DNA of 64,000 nt from a virus (taxonomy: Duplodnaviria > Caudoviricetes): positions 354 to 64,353 of the IMG/VR virus record IMGVR_UViG_3300017700_000552; one strand, given 5' to 3'. Of this stretch, positions 27,310 to 35,935 are shown piece after piece (positions within the stretch are counted from its first letter, which is position 1; the number at the start of each line of letters is the position of its first letter). The notes beneath the pieces were generated by a model. The model was not told where the DNA came from. It saw only the letters and a program-made list of their open reading frames with translations, and searched no databases. The position numbers and the translations under genes are program-made.

Positions 27310-27533
27310 CCCCGATTCCCGCCCGCGCGTACCTGGTTCCGGTCATGTGCGCTCTGCTGCTGATGGCGATCTGCTCCAAGAGCCGCGCGCAGGACACCCC
27401 GCCAGCGCGTTTTAGCTGCTGGAGCGTCCGTCAGGCTCTCAAGCTCTACGACGAGGCCACGCTGCTCAATCTGGCGCGGCAGGCAGGCGTTTCAGAGCAG
27501 GAGATCACTCGGCTGCAGCGCTGCCCGCGGTAA
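27306..27533 (+). CDS. Small exported hypothetical protein
   Basis: ATGA overlap; signal-peptide-like VPVMCALLLMAICSKSRA. Confidence 0.5.
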   Translation: MTPIPARAYLVPVMCALLLMAICSKSRAQDTPPARFSCWSVRQALKLYDEATLLNLARQAGVSEQEITRLQRCPR

Positions 27534-28143
27534 ATGACAAATCTGGCGCGTCAAACTTCGTGGTTTCGTTGCCCCAAACATCCCACCCCTTGCGGGACTG
27601 ACGCCCGAACAATTCCAGCCGCGGCCCATCGCAATATTTCTCGATCCGTTCATAGGCTTCGTCAGGCTTTCGGGAATGCTCACGCCGCGGCGAAATAATC
27701 ACCTCGTGAATGTTCTTGCTGACCCGGACCGATCGGCCACGTTTCCCGATGATGCAGAATTCAGCGTTCTTCCGCGTCGTGAACCCACCGCCTTTGAACA
27801 GATCGCGTTCCATGAAGAACAGCCCCGGAGCTTTCGGATTGGTCTTGATCCAGACGAACCCCATGCCGGAGGGCTTGAAGCCCCAAGACGCCATAATCGG
27901 GATATGCGCACCGATCGCCAAAAATGGCCCCGTGATCCACATGAACAGCACGCAGTCGTCCGCCACCAGGTCAGCCACCGGCAACGCCGCAATGTCATCC
28001 AACCGCATGCAGTCGTAATGGCCCATCGCATTGCGTCCGGGATTGGCCGCGCTGTTCGACGCAAAACGCCACGGCGGATCTGCGGATAACACTCGATAGT
28101 GCCGCATCAGCAGATCGCCCATCACCACGTCGTCCGCCATCAA
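27505..28143 (-). CDS. MT-A70-family adenine methyltransferase
   Basis: VLSADPPW, LFMW, WGF, TRKNAEFC, HSRKP, LELFGR...GWDVWGN. Confidence 0.9.
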   Translation of the reverse strand: MMADDVVMGDLLMRHYRVLSADPPWRFASNSAANPGRNAMGHYDCMRLDDIAALPVADLVADDCVLFMWITGPFLAIGAHIPIMASWGFKPSGMGFVWIKTNPKAPGLFFMERDLFKGGGFTTRKNAEFCIIGKRGRSVRVSKNIHEVIISPRREHSRKPDEAYERIEKYCDGPRLELFGRQSRKGWDVWGNETTKFDAPDLSFTAGSAAAE

Positions 28144-28649
28144 ACCATTCCCATTTTGTCGGTGACGTAGAGCGCCAGCAGCATTGCCTCAGCTCGACCA
28201 TGGTGTTTCTTCAGCGTCAGAAAATGCGCGGCGCCGGGCAGAAGCGAGATCGCCAGTTGCCGGGACTGCTCTTTGTTCGGGCCGATAAGCCCAAAGTGCT
28301 TCTTCCAGACCCGAGGCACCACCAATCGGATAGGCACCTCATAGACCTGCACGACGGCCCGCAATTGGCCTATCGCCATCCCAAAACGGAACGCCGACGT
28401 CGCGCCCATTGATCGCCGCGCGCCGTCCGCGCCCGGTATGGAAGGCATTGGCTGCACGTTCTCGATCACGGCATGAGCAGGATCGTACTTTTCAATCCAG
28501 TCGCACAACACAGGCACATCGATCTGGCGATTCGATCCGTCGTCGCAGACCGGCAGCTCAGCAGCAAACAGCACCTCGCGAAATGCGCCTTCCACCTGCA
28601 TGAAGCAAATTCCGCCGGACATGCCGGGATCGATCGCCATGAAAATCAT
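28140..28649 (-). CDS. RuvC-like Holliday junction resolvase
   Basis: AIDPGMSGG, AVIENV, SAFRFG, GRAEAMLLA. Confidence 0.85.
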   Translation of the reverse strand: MIFMAIDPGMSGGICFMQVEGAFREVLFAAELPVCDDGSNRQIDVPVLCDWIEKYDPAHAVIENVQPMPSIPGADGARRSMGATSAFRFGMAIGQLRAVVQVYEVPIRLVVPRVWKKHFGLIGPNKEQSRQLAISLLPGAAHFLTLKKHHGRAEAMLLALYVTDKMGMV

Positions 28650-28837
28650 CGCCGTTTCCTGATCTTGCCGGCGACCACTGCCCGGTAGAGCTTTTCGACG
28701 TACAATTCCATCACAGCCTCATGGCCCAGCGCACCGTCGGCGCGCGCGATCTCCAGCACGGTATCCGCGGCAACCTTCACCAGTCGCTTGATATCGGCCC
28801 TGGTCGGCTCTTTCCGTATCTCGACAGTCTCGTGCAT
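28646..28837 (-). CDS. Hypothetical protein
   Basis: 63-aa coupled ORF. Confidence 0.5.
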   Translation of the reverse strand: MHETVEIRKEPTRADIKRLVKVAADTVLEIARADGALGHEAVMELYVEKLYRAVVAGKIRKRR

Positions 28838-28846
28838 GGCGCCCTC

Positions 28847-28880
28847 AAAAAATAGTCCGGGAAGTCGAAACCTCCCGGAC
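28847..28880 (-). terminator. Intrinsic terminator
   Basis: GTCCGGGAG-GTTTCGA-CTTCCCGGAC followed by TATTTTTT on the minus strand. Confidence 0.65.
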
Positions 28881-28909
28881 CATGTTAATTTTCACCGTCT
28901 GGTTTGAGG

Positions 28910-29698
28910 TCAGTGAATCTTGCCCGGCCCGGTGAACAGTGCTTCAGCAGCCGCACGAGCGCCCTGCTTCTCCGTCCGCTGCTGCGCGACGAAATCCTTG
29001 CGGGACATACCCGGCGTCACCGGCGCACGCGCCGCCGATCGAGCAGCCGCCGCGTCGGCCTTGTCCTTGGCCGCCGTCTCGCGTTCGTCTTTCGTGATCA
29101 GCTTGGAGACGTTGGTGTCCGTGTCCTCAAGCTTCACAATCCCGCTTTTGATGCGCCGTTCGGTCTCCGCATGGTAGCCTTCCATATAGCGGGCATGCTG
29201 CGGCAGATCGGGCGCATACTTCGGGCTGGCAGTTTTGCCATCCATGGAGTCCTGCACGCCGGCCTCATAGGCCACGTCACCGGAATCGGTGCGATCCGGC
29301 TCCAAGAACAGCGAGAGCTGCGCGCCGACCGCCGCGCCCTGCCACTGCGCCGCTTGCAGATCAGCCGCCACGGTCGCACGGAACGCCGCTTCACCTTCCG
29401 GCGTCTGCAACTCGACCATTAGCTTGATCTGGCGCATGGTCAGACCGTCGCCCTTGACCACCTTGCCAAACGCCTGCATGGCGCGGCTGGCCTTGTTCAG
29501 CGCCTCGCGCAGGCCGATGTACTTGTCACGGTGATGCCGGGCTAGCGCCTGCTGATCGCGATCGGCCGGGCCAACCGGCGCGCCCTTCACCGGCTTGGCC
29601 GGCTTTACGGCCTTCGGCGCCTTGGCTGGCTTCTCGGCTTTCACCTTCGGCGCTTTGGGCACCGCTGCTTTCTTCGCTGCTTTTGCCAATTCTGTCAC
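28910..29698 (-). CDS. Lys/Ala/Pro-rich N-terminus plus GapR/DUF2312-like helical domain
   Basis: KAPKVKAEKPAKAPK histone-H1-like tract followed by a helical domain ending QLSLF; family assignment tentative. Confidence 0.5.
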   Translation of the reverse strand: MTELAKAAKKAAVPKAPKVKAEKPAKAPKAVKPAKPVKGAPVGPADRDQQALARHHRDKYIGLREALNKASRAMQAFGKVVKGDGLTMRQIKLMVELQTPEGEAAFRATVAADLQAAQWQGAAVGAQLSLFLEPDRTDSGDVAYEAGVQDSMDGKTASPKYAPDLPQHARYMEGYHAETERRIKSGIVKLEDTDTNVSKLITKDERETAAKDKADAAAARSAARAPVTPGMSRKDFVAQQRTEKQGARAAAEALFTGPGKIH

Positions 29699-29949
29699 TC
29701 CTGTCCAAAAATGTCCGGCCGCAGGATGCGACGCGGGACGCCCGTTAATTTTTCGACTTTGCTGACAAACCCTGTAGAGATGCCAGCACGCCTCCAGTAG
29801 TCCACATTTTGCCTAGAAACGCCAAGCGCGCGCGCCAGGTGAGCCATCGCGCCATTCGACCGCCCGAGGTCCGGCGCAATCTTTGCGGTGTATGCGGCCA
29901 GAGCGGCCTGAAACCCCTCTTGCGGGGTGGATGTTTTATGCTTTGCCAT
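29695..29949 (-). CDS. Cro-like helix-turn-helix regulator
   Basis: AHLARALGVSRQNVDYWRR...VEKLTGVPRRILRPDIF. Confidence 0.8.
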   Translation of the reverse strand: MAKHKTSTPQEGFQAALAAYTAKIAPDLGRSNGAMAHLARALGVSRQNVDYWRRAGISTGFVSKVEKLTGVPRRILRPDIFGQE

Positions 29950-29979
29950 GTTCCATTTATCGCACGGGATCAGATTTTT

Positions 29980-30047
29980 GTCAAAACGAACTTGACAGAT
30001 GTTTTCGAGCGTGAGAGGTTCGGTTTGTCAAAAGGGCAACGCGCCCC
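29980..30047 (+). promoter_or_regulatory. Promoter cassette C (divergent from cro)
   Basis: GTCAAA-ACGAA-CTTGAC at 29980-29996; GGGC-AACGC-GCCC hairpin at 30034-30046. Confidence 0.55.
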
Positions 30048-30065
30048 ATCCCAACGGAGACTGAG

Positions 30066-30233
30066 ATGCATTCCACTCACGAAGATGAATACGCCGCAAT
30101 GAGCTGGGCCAATTACATCGCATACACTCAGGCGTGGTGCGTCAGCGAGGGCGCCCCAAATCTTCCCGGGCTGGTCAATGTCGATGTTGCACTGGCAAAC
30201 GATACGGTTCGCGCGGGCGTCGTGTTCGGCTAA
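30066..30233 (+). CDS. 55-aa hypothetical protein
   Basis: MHSTHEDEYAAMSWANY...VVFG; GGAG SD; below the ORF-track length cutoff. Confidence 0.5.
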   Translation: MHSTHEDEYAAMSWANYIAYTQAWCVSEGAPNLPGLVNVDVALANDTVRAGVVFG

Positions 30234-30281
30234 TTGAAATTCTCCGTCGCTGTGGCGGACGAATAACCCCAAGGAGACACC

Positions 30282-31532
30282 ATGAACTATCAAGGCACAA
30301 CTGCGTCTGAGATCATTCAAGGCACGCAAGAATCGGACAACATCAACGGCGGCGGCGGCAATGACACCGTGGTCGGCGGTCAGGACAGCCTCGATGGCGC
30401 GGACATGATCATCACGCTCGGCGGCGCCGATATCATCTTTGGCAACGGCGGCGCGGATACGATCAGCAGCGGTTCTGGCGACGATGTTCTAATTGGCGGT
30501 GCAGGCGCAGACCTGCTGATCGGCAATCAAGGCAACGACCTGTCCTACGGCAACATGGGAAATGACACGATCATTTCCGGCATGGGCGACGATACGGTCT
30601 ACGCCGGACAAGGTGACGATTTTGTCAGCGGTGGTGATGGCAGCAACCTCATCAACGGCAACCTCGGCAACGACACTGCCGGCGGCTACGGTGCGCAGTC
30701 CGGATACACATGGGCAAAGGACAACGCGGGAAGCGTCCTGCTGCGCAACAACTCGACCGGCGCCATCGATACTCTGGTCAATATGGAATACGTCTCGTTC
30801 AGCGACGGCACCCGAAGCATGTCAGACCTATTTCCGACTCCTCCGGGGCCGCCGGAGCCGCCGGCCCCTCCGTTCATGCCGAACAACGCTTTTACTTTCA
30901 ACGGCAGCATTCCGGTATCTGACCAGAAGGCCAACGGTGACTTCTCCAGCGGAAACGGAACGCCATCGACCCACTTCAACGGCGTGACCAATGCCAACAA
31001 CGGCGTCCACATCTTTACGCAGATCAGCTATCGCGAAGTCTCTCCGCCCATCGTGCCGATCTCCAGCACGCAGGACGGCGTGACACTCACGAACAATTAT
31101 CAGGCCGCCGCCGGCACGCAATCGACAGCGAACGGTTCTTCGACCAATCGCGCGGATCGCGCCGCCACCAGCGACTATATCGACATCGGAACGGACGTTG
31201 GCTCGCTCGCCGACTTCCTTGCCGGCGGCGGGCGATTTGAACGCAGCTACGACACCGACCGTTCTGCGGCTGTCAACGCCGTCACGGCAGAAGCCCGGCT
31301 TGATGCGGTCAACGGAAACGTGGACTGGTTCGTGAAGGGATCCAACACCGCGTTCCAGACCGACGACGGCGGCGACAACAACACGTCGGCGAATTCGTTC
31401 AACCGTCTGTTCATCCCCGGTATCTCTGCGGCCGATCTGGTTTCCGGATCGCAGTTCACCGACACGCTTACGGCGTTCGACGGCCAGGGCCACGTCCTAG
31501 CCGCCATCGTCAACAACACCACCCTCGTCTAA
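30282..31532 (+). CDS. RTX (hemolysin-type Ca2+-binding) repeat protein
   Basis: About 10 GGxGxDxUx-type nonapeptides in aa ~21-135, Pro-rich linker, Asn/Thr/Ser-rich C-terminal domain; AAGGAG SD. Confidence 0.85.
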   Translation: MNYQGTTASEIIQGTQESDNINGGGGNDTVVGGQDSLDGADMIITLGGADIIFGNGGADTISSGSGDDVLIGGAGADLLIGNQGNDLSYGNMGNDTIISGMGDDTVYAGQGDDFVSGGDGSNLINGNLGNDTAGGYGAQSGYTWAKDNAGSVLLRNNSTGAIDTLVNMEYVSFSDGTRSMSDLFPTPPGPPEPPAPPFMPNNAFTFNGSIPVSDQKANGDFSSGNGTPSTHFNGVTNANNGVHIFTQISYREVSPPIVPISSTQDGVTLTNNYQAAAGTQSTANGSSTNRADRAATSDYIDIGTDVGSLADFLAGGGRFERSYDTDRSAAVNAVTAEARLDAVNGNVDWFVKGSNTAFQTDDGGDNNTSANSFNRLFIPGISAADLVSGSQFTDTLTAFDGQGHVLAAIVNNTTLV

Positions 31533-31545
31533 GGAGACGGCACCA

Positions 31546-31662
31546 TGACCGACCGCGAATATTCAGAACTGGACGCCATGCGAGAGCGCACGATTGCGGT
31601 TTGCGAGCGCGTAGCAGTGATCATATTCGCGGTCGCCATCGTTTCGGTTTTCGTCCGATGAC
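31546..31662 (+). CDS. 38-aa single-TM peptide
   Basis: MTDREYSELDAMRERTIAVCERVAVIIFAVAIVSVFVR; GGAG SD; ATGA overlap downstream. Confidence 0.45.
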
Positions 31663-32119
31663 CGAGTTGCGGCAGCGACAGCCGCGCGAACGCGACAACA
31701 AATATTTGGAATTCGTGCGGACGCTACCCTGCTGCGTATGCGGCAGGCCAGCCCCCTCAGATGCGGCTCACATTCGCAGCGGATCTGATGAGCACGGAAA
31801 GAGGCCAACAGGTGGCGGAGAGAAACCAGCGGATCGGTATTGCGTCCCGTTGTGCCGCCCCCTGTTAGGCACCCCCGACATAGGGTGCCACGCTCGGCAG
31901 CACGCCTATGGCGATGAATTAGCATACTGGCGCAGTGTCGGGAAAGACCCGTTCGCTATCGCTGCCAGGCTCTACGCGATCGGAGGCGGCACCGCGACCA
32001 TGGCGCGACCGAAGCCGGCGAAGATCAATCGATCGGGGAAATCCGTTCCTATCAAGTCGCGCGGTTTCGACCGCACCGTAAAACGCAAGATCAATGGCAA
32101 AGTGGAGAAACGAAAATGA
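31658..32119 (+). CDS. DUF968-like Zn-binding putative nuclease
   Basis: YLEFVRTLPCCVCG...AAHIR...GEKPADRYCVPLC...CHARQH. Confidence 0.75.
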   Translation: MTELRQRQPRERDNKYLEFVRTLPCCVCGRPAPSDAAHIRSGSDEHGKRPTGGGEKPADRYCVPLCRPLLGTPDIGCHARQHAYGDELAYWRSVGKDPFAIAARLYAIGGGTATMARPKPAKINRSGKSVPIKSRGFDRTVKRKINGKVEKRK

Positions 32120-32382
32120 CCCCAGTTGAATCCAGCAATATCGCGGCGATCGGTTTTGAGCCAACCGGCGACGACAAGGGCACGCTCACCGTACAATTTC
32201 GCAACGGGACGTCGTATGCATACGGCGATGTGCCAACGGCCAAGCATACAGAACTCATGGAGGCCGAGAGCGTTGGCCGGCACTTCAACGCCAACATCCG
32301 CGGCGAGTACGAGGTGAAGAAGATCGAGCCAGAGCCGCAGGAAGAAGCGGCGACCGAGGAAGCCACGGAGGAGTCGAAGTGA
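32116..32382 (+). CDS. KTSC-domain protein
   Basis: VESSNIAAIGFE...LTVQFRNGTSYAYGDVP...LMEAESVGRHFNANIR. Confidence 0.88.
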   Translation: MTPVESSNIAAIGFEPTGDDKGTLTVQFRNGTSYAYGDVPTAKHTELMEAESVGRHFNANIRGEYEVKKIEPEPQEEAATEEATEESK

Positions 32383-33434
32383 CCGAGATGTCCCAGGCCG
32401 AGAAGGTCGAATACTGGACCAAGGATTACAACTTCTGGGCCGCAAGCATTCGCGGCGAGAAGCCGCCTATCTACAACGAAGGCGTCTGCCTTGGCTTCTA
32501 CCGCAAGGGCATCACCGAGCGAAACGCTGCCGGCAATAGCAAGCGCGTCGGCTGGGAGCCAGTTGCCGTCTTCATGGACGGGCGCGTCATGACCGCCCGC
32601 ATTGGCAACGCCGAGACCGGCCGCGACGTCACAGGCGACGCCATCTCAGAATTGTGGAGCTACATCGCGAAAAACCCGATCACCGAAGAGATGTACGATT
32701 CGGTCGCGCGCCGCGGAGAGGCATGGTCCGACGATCACAAGTCGCGCAAACCGGCAGCAGAAGCGTCGCCAGCCGAGGTCGCACCGTCAGAGCCACAGAC
32801 CACGGACGAGACACCAGACTCCAAGATCGCCCGCGAGATCGCCGAGCAGCGGGCCTATCTGCCCGAATTCGCCACCATCGAATCCGACGAGCAGTCAGGC
32901 CGCGCGCGCAGCCTGCAGACGGAATTCCTTGCCATCAAGAAGCGGGCGGCCGACGCCTACGAGGAAGCCAACCGGCCGCTGCTCACCGCACAGAAGGCGC
33001 TGCGCGAAGTCTGGTTTCCGCTGCGCGACGACGCCGACGACGAGGCCAAGAAAATCGGAAAAGCACTTGGAGCATGGGAAGACGTGAAACGCATCGCCGC
33101 CAAACGCATCCAAGAAGAGCACGACCGACTCGCCTTTGAACACGCCAAAGCCATCCGCGATGCCGAAGCAGCCAATGCACCGCCGCCGCCGCCGCCCGTT
33201 GCGCCCACCCCCAATGTCCCGCCACCAGCCAGCCAGATTCGCGGCGGCACCGGCCGAGCTGCCAGCGTCAAGGTCGAAAAGTTCGTCACCGAGATCGACG
33301 CCGAGAAGGTGTTCCAGTCGTTCAAGACAAACGCCGAGGTGATTGCGCTGTTGACCTGCTTGGCGCAGAAGGCGATCCGCGCAGGCGTTGATGTTCCGGG
33401 TGCGATCGTAAAAGAACGGAGCGTGGTGAAGTAA
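32379..33434 (+). CDS. Hypothetical recombination-module protein with C-terminal coiled coil
   Basis: 351-aa ORF; coiled coil plus Pro-rich linker; directly upstream of erf. Confidence 0.6.
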   Translation: MTEMSQAEKVEYWTKDYNFWAASIRGEKPPIYNEGVCLGFYRKGITERNAAGNSKRVGWEPVAVFMDGRVMTARIGNAETGRDVTGDAISELWSYIAKNPITEEMYDSVARRGEAWSDDHKSRKPAAEASPAEVAPSEPQTTDETPDSKIAREIAEQRAYLPEFATIESDEQSGRARSLQTEFLAIKKRAADAYEEANRPLLTAQKALREVWFPLRDDADDEAKKIGKALGAWEDVKRIAAKRIQEEHDRLAFEHAKAIRDAEAANAPPPPPPVAPTPNVPPPASQIRGGTGRAASVKVEKFVTEIDAEKVFQSFKTNAEVIALLTCLAQKAIRAGVDVPGAIVKERSVVK

Positions 33435-33437
33435 TTC

Positions 33438-33506
33438 GTCAAAACGCATTTGACAATTCAGATGGAGGCGTTATTCTCGCCTCCATCAACCGGGCCACAG
33501 CGGCCC
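33438..33506 (+). promoter_or_regulatory. Promoter cassette D
   Basis: GTCAAA-ACGCA-TTTGAC at 33438-33454; perfect 10-bp inverted repeat at 33461-33487; GGGCC-ACAGC-GGCCC at 33492-33506. Confidence 0.6.
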
Positions 33507-33548
33507 ACCCGTAAAGGCGATATTTCGATCCCCAACCCGAGGACACCA

Positions 33549-34727
33549 ATGCCAAACGCAACCGCCACAGCAGAGCACATCGACGTTGAGGATATGCCGC
33601 TTTCAACGTCCAACAACGTGCCAGCCGTCGCAGGCAACAGCCAGCAGCCGGTTTTCAACGTGCCGCAGTTTTCAGTCCCTGCTCAGCAGCAGGCTTTGAC
33701 CGGCGGGTTCGCAAACATCGCCAAAGCGATCGCCTCTGTCATGGCGGACATTGGCGTGGTCGCCGAGGGAGGCGAGAACAAATTCCAGAACTACAAATAC
33801 ATGTCCTACAAAGATCTGTACCGCAAACTAACCCCGCTGATGGGGCGCGCAGGACTCGCAGTCATTCCGTCCGAGAAGCACAAGAACATTTTTGACAACG
33901 ACACCGCCGTCATGGCCACGTACCAGTTCACGATCATTCACAGCAGCGGCGAGATTTGGCCGCACAGCCCCGAGTGGACGGGCATGTCCCGTGCCCGCGA
34001 CAGCAAGGGCGGCTTTGACGACAAGGCACTGAACAAGTGCGCCACCGCCGCGCAGAAATATTTTCTGAAAGCATTGTTTCAGATTCCATCCGGCGAGGAC
34101 GACGAGGACGCCGATCACCACGACGGGCATGTGGATCAGGCCCCCAAGCCGCGCCAGCGCGCCGCGGTGCCGTCGCCGACCGCAGCCGAGGAAAAGCCGG
34201 CCGCGCCGCCAACACCGGCCGAACCGTCAGAACTCGCCACCATCGAGGGCGAGGGCATGAAAGCCTGGGCAGCGCGCTACGTCGCAGCAATCCAAACGGC
34301 CAAGACCGAGGCCGACTTGAACCAGTGGGACGCCCGCAACAATACGACGCTGGACCTGATCTATGAGAAGGCGCGCGACACGGTATTCGCCGACATCCAG
34401 GCAGCATTCGAGAAACGCCGGCTGGAGCTTGTCATGGCCGCCGAGGCCGCGCCGGCGGGCCGCCCGAAGCCCGGCGCCAAGACAGAGACAAAGCCCGATC
34501 CGATCACGTCAGGACCGCAGACGCGCGATCTTGGCTACCCCGACCCGCGCATTGATTACGAAGGCTTCTTGAAGCACTGCGAGGCAGGCATCGCTGCGGC
34601 CAAGACGCCGGACCTCCTCAATGAATTTGTGGAGACCACGATCAATCAGCATTTCGAGGATCTTATGCCGCCAGACTCTGCCGAACTGACTGGTTTGGCC
34701 GACAAAGCAATGCGGAGGTTTGAGTGA
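33549..34727 (+). CDS. erf: ERF-family single-strand annealing protein
   Basis: ENKFQNYKYMSYKD...GLAV...DKALNKCATAAQKYFL..LFQIPSGEDDEDAD; GAGG SD. Confidence 0.85.
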   Translation: MPNATATAEHIDVEDMPLSTSNNVPAVAGNSQQPVFNVPQFSVPAQQQALTGGFANIAKAIASVMADIGVVAEGGENKFQNYKYMSYKDLYRKLTPLMGRAGLAVIPSEKHKNIFDNDTAVMATYQFTIIHSSGEIWPHSPEWTGMSRARDSKGGFDDKALNKCATAAQKYFLKALFQIPSGEDDEDADHHDGHVDQAPKPRQRAAVPSPTAAEEKPAAPPTPAEPSELATIEGEGMKAWAARYVAAIQTAKTEADLNQWDARNNTTLDLIYEKARDTVFADIQAAFEKRRLELVMAAEAAPAGRPKPGAKTETKPDPITSGPQTRDLGYPDPRIDYEGFLKHCEAGIAAAKTPDLLNEFVETTINQHFEDLMPPDSAELTGLADKAMRRFE

Positions 34728-34855
34728 TGACCGAACTGCTATCCGGCTTATAGGTTTTCGTGATTGTCACGTTCTGGATATTCCCTCAGATTTTGGGCGA
34801 ATGGCTGGCAGACGTCGCGATCGCATTCAACCGAGTTTACAGGAAGCAATTATGA
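34727..34855 (+). pseudogene. 42-codon membrane-peptide ORF interrupted by TAG at codon 9
   Basis: MTELLSGL*VFVIVTFWIFPQILGEWLADVAIAFNRVYRKQL*; GGAGG SD; coupled at both ends. Confidence 0.5.
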
Positions 34856-35127
34856 CCGACACCCCCACCGACGCGCCGGAAATCCGCCCCCTCACACCGG
34901 AAGAGGCTGCGGTTCACGCCGAGGCCGTCAATCAGGTCATGCAGATTTTGCTGGCGCAGCCGACCGCGCACCACGCGCTTAGTATAATTGGTTTCGTCTA
35001 TTACACGCTGCTCTGCATGCAGCTTGGACCGGACACGAACAACGACAAAGCGCTGCTTGATCAGATCAGCAACTCGATCATGACCATGCGGCATAACGCC
35101 AAGCACCAGAACAAGACGATGCAGTGA
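34852..35127 (+). CDS. Hypothetical protein
   Basis: Start MTDTPTD at 34852. Confidence 0.55.
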   Translation: MTDTPTDAPEIRPLTPEEAAVHAEAVNQVMQILLAQPTAHHALSIIGFVYYTLLCMQLGPDTNNDKALLDQISNSIMTMRHNAKHQNKTMQ

Positions 35128-35131
35128 AGCC

Positions 35132-35935
35132 ATGACCGAACTTGTGATGCGAAAGAGAGCGGCGCGGCAAGGCGAGATCGGCTTGTTTATTGACGCCGCC
35201 GTATTTGAAAGCGACTTCGCGGCGATCAAAATGGACGCGCAGGTCAAAGCGATCGTCACCCAGCCCCGCAGTTTGAGACAATTAAAATTCGCATGGTCCC
35301 TCGCTACCAAAGTCGCTGAAGCCTGCGACTGGTTGCACGAGAAGGAGGATGCCATGGACGAAATCTTGATTGCGGCTCGCCATTGCCGCCGCATCTTCGA
35401 CCCACTCCGCAACACCGTCCGATGGAAGCCGCTGCCAACCAACTTCGCGGCCATGGACGGTGTGGCCTACACCAAACTGCTCAAGCGCATGGTCTACGTT
35501 GTCTGCGATCGGTTCATCCCGGGGATGACCGACGAAACCATGATTGCCGAAATCGAGGCCATGATCGGCCCTGACACCGAACCCGCCCCAGCGCCAAGGC
35601 CCGCCCGGCGCCCGCGCGCAGCCAAAGCGCCAGAACCAGAAAGCGAGGTGATGCCCCCTGCCACAGATAACAACATGCCCCCTGCCACCAGGCCGGCGGA
35701 CGACACCCCCGCTCCGCCGGCCGATGGACCGCTACCGCCGCAGAACGCCGACGAATACGCCCACGCAGCTCGCCAGTGGATCGCTAAGCAAACCGACCTA
35801 CGCGCGGCACAGGACTATTTCGACGGCGAGATGCACACCGCCATGCGCGCGCGGCTGCAGGTCAGCGTCGGCCTAAATCGCTCGTTACATCGAGAATTGC
35901 TCCTCCATTTCGAGAACAAGGACAAAGCCAAATGA
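35132..35935 (+). CDS. DUF1367/NinB-like recombination accessory protein
   Basis: QPRSLRQLKFAWSL...TNFAAMDGVAYTKL. Confidence 0.55.
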   Translation: MTELVMRKRAARQGEIGLFIDAAVFESDFAAIKMDAQVKAIVTQPRSLRQLKFAWSLATKVAEACDWLHEKEDAMDEILIAARHCRRIFDPLRNTVRWKPLPTNFAAMDGVAYTKLLKRMVYVVCDRFIPGMTDETMIAEIEAMIGPDTEPAPAPRPARRPRAAKAPEPESEVMPPATDNNMPPATRPADDTPAPPADGPLPPQNADEYAHAARQWIAKQTDLRAAQDYFDGEMHTAMRARLQVSVGLNRSLHRELLLHFENKDKAK

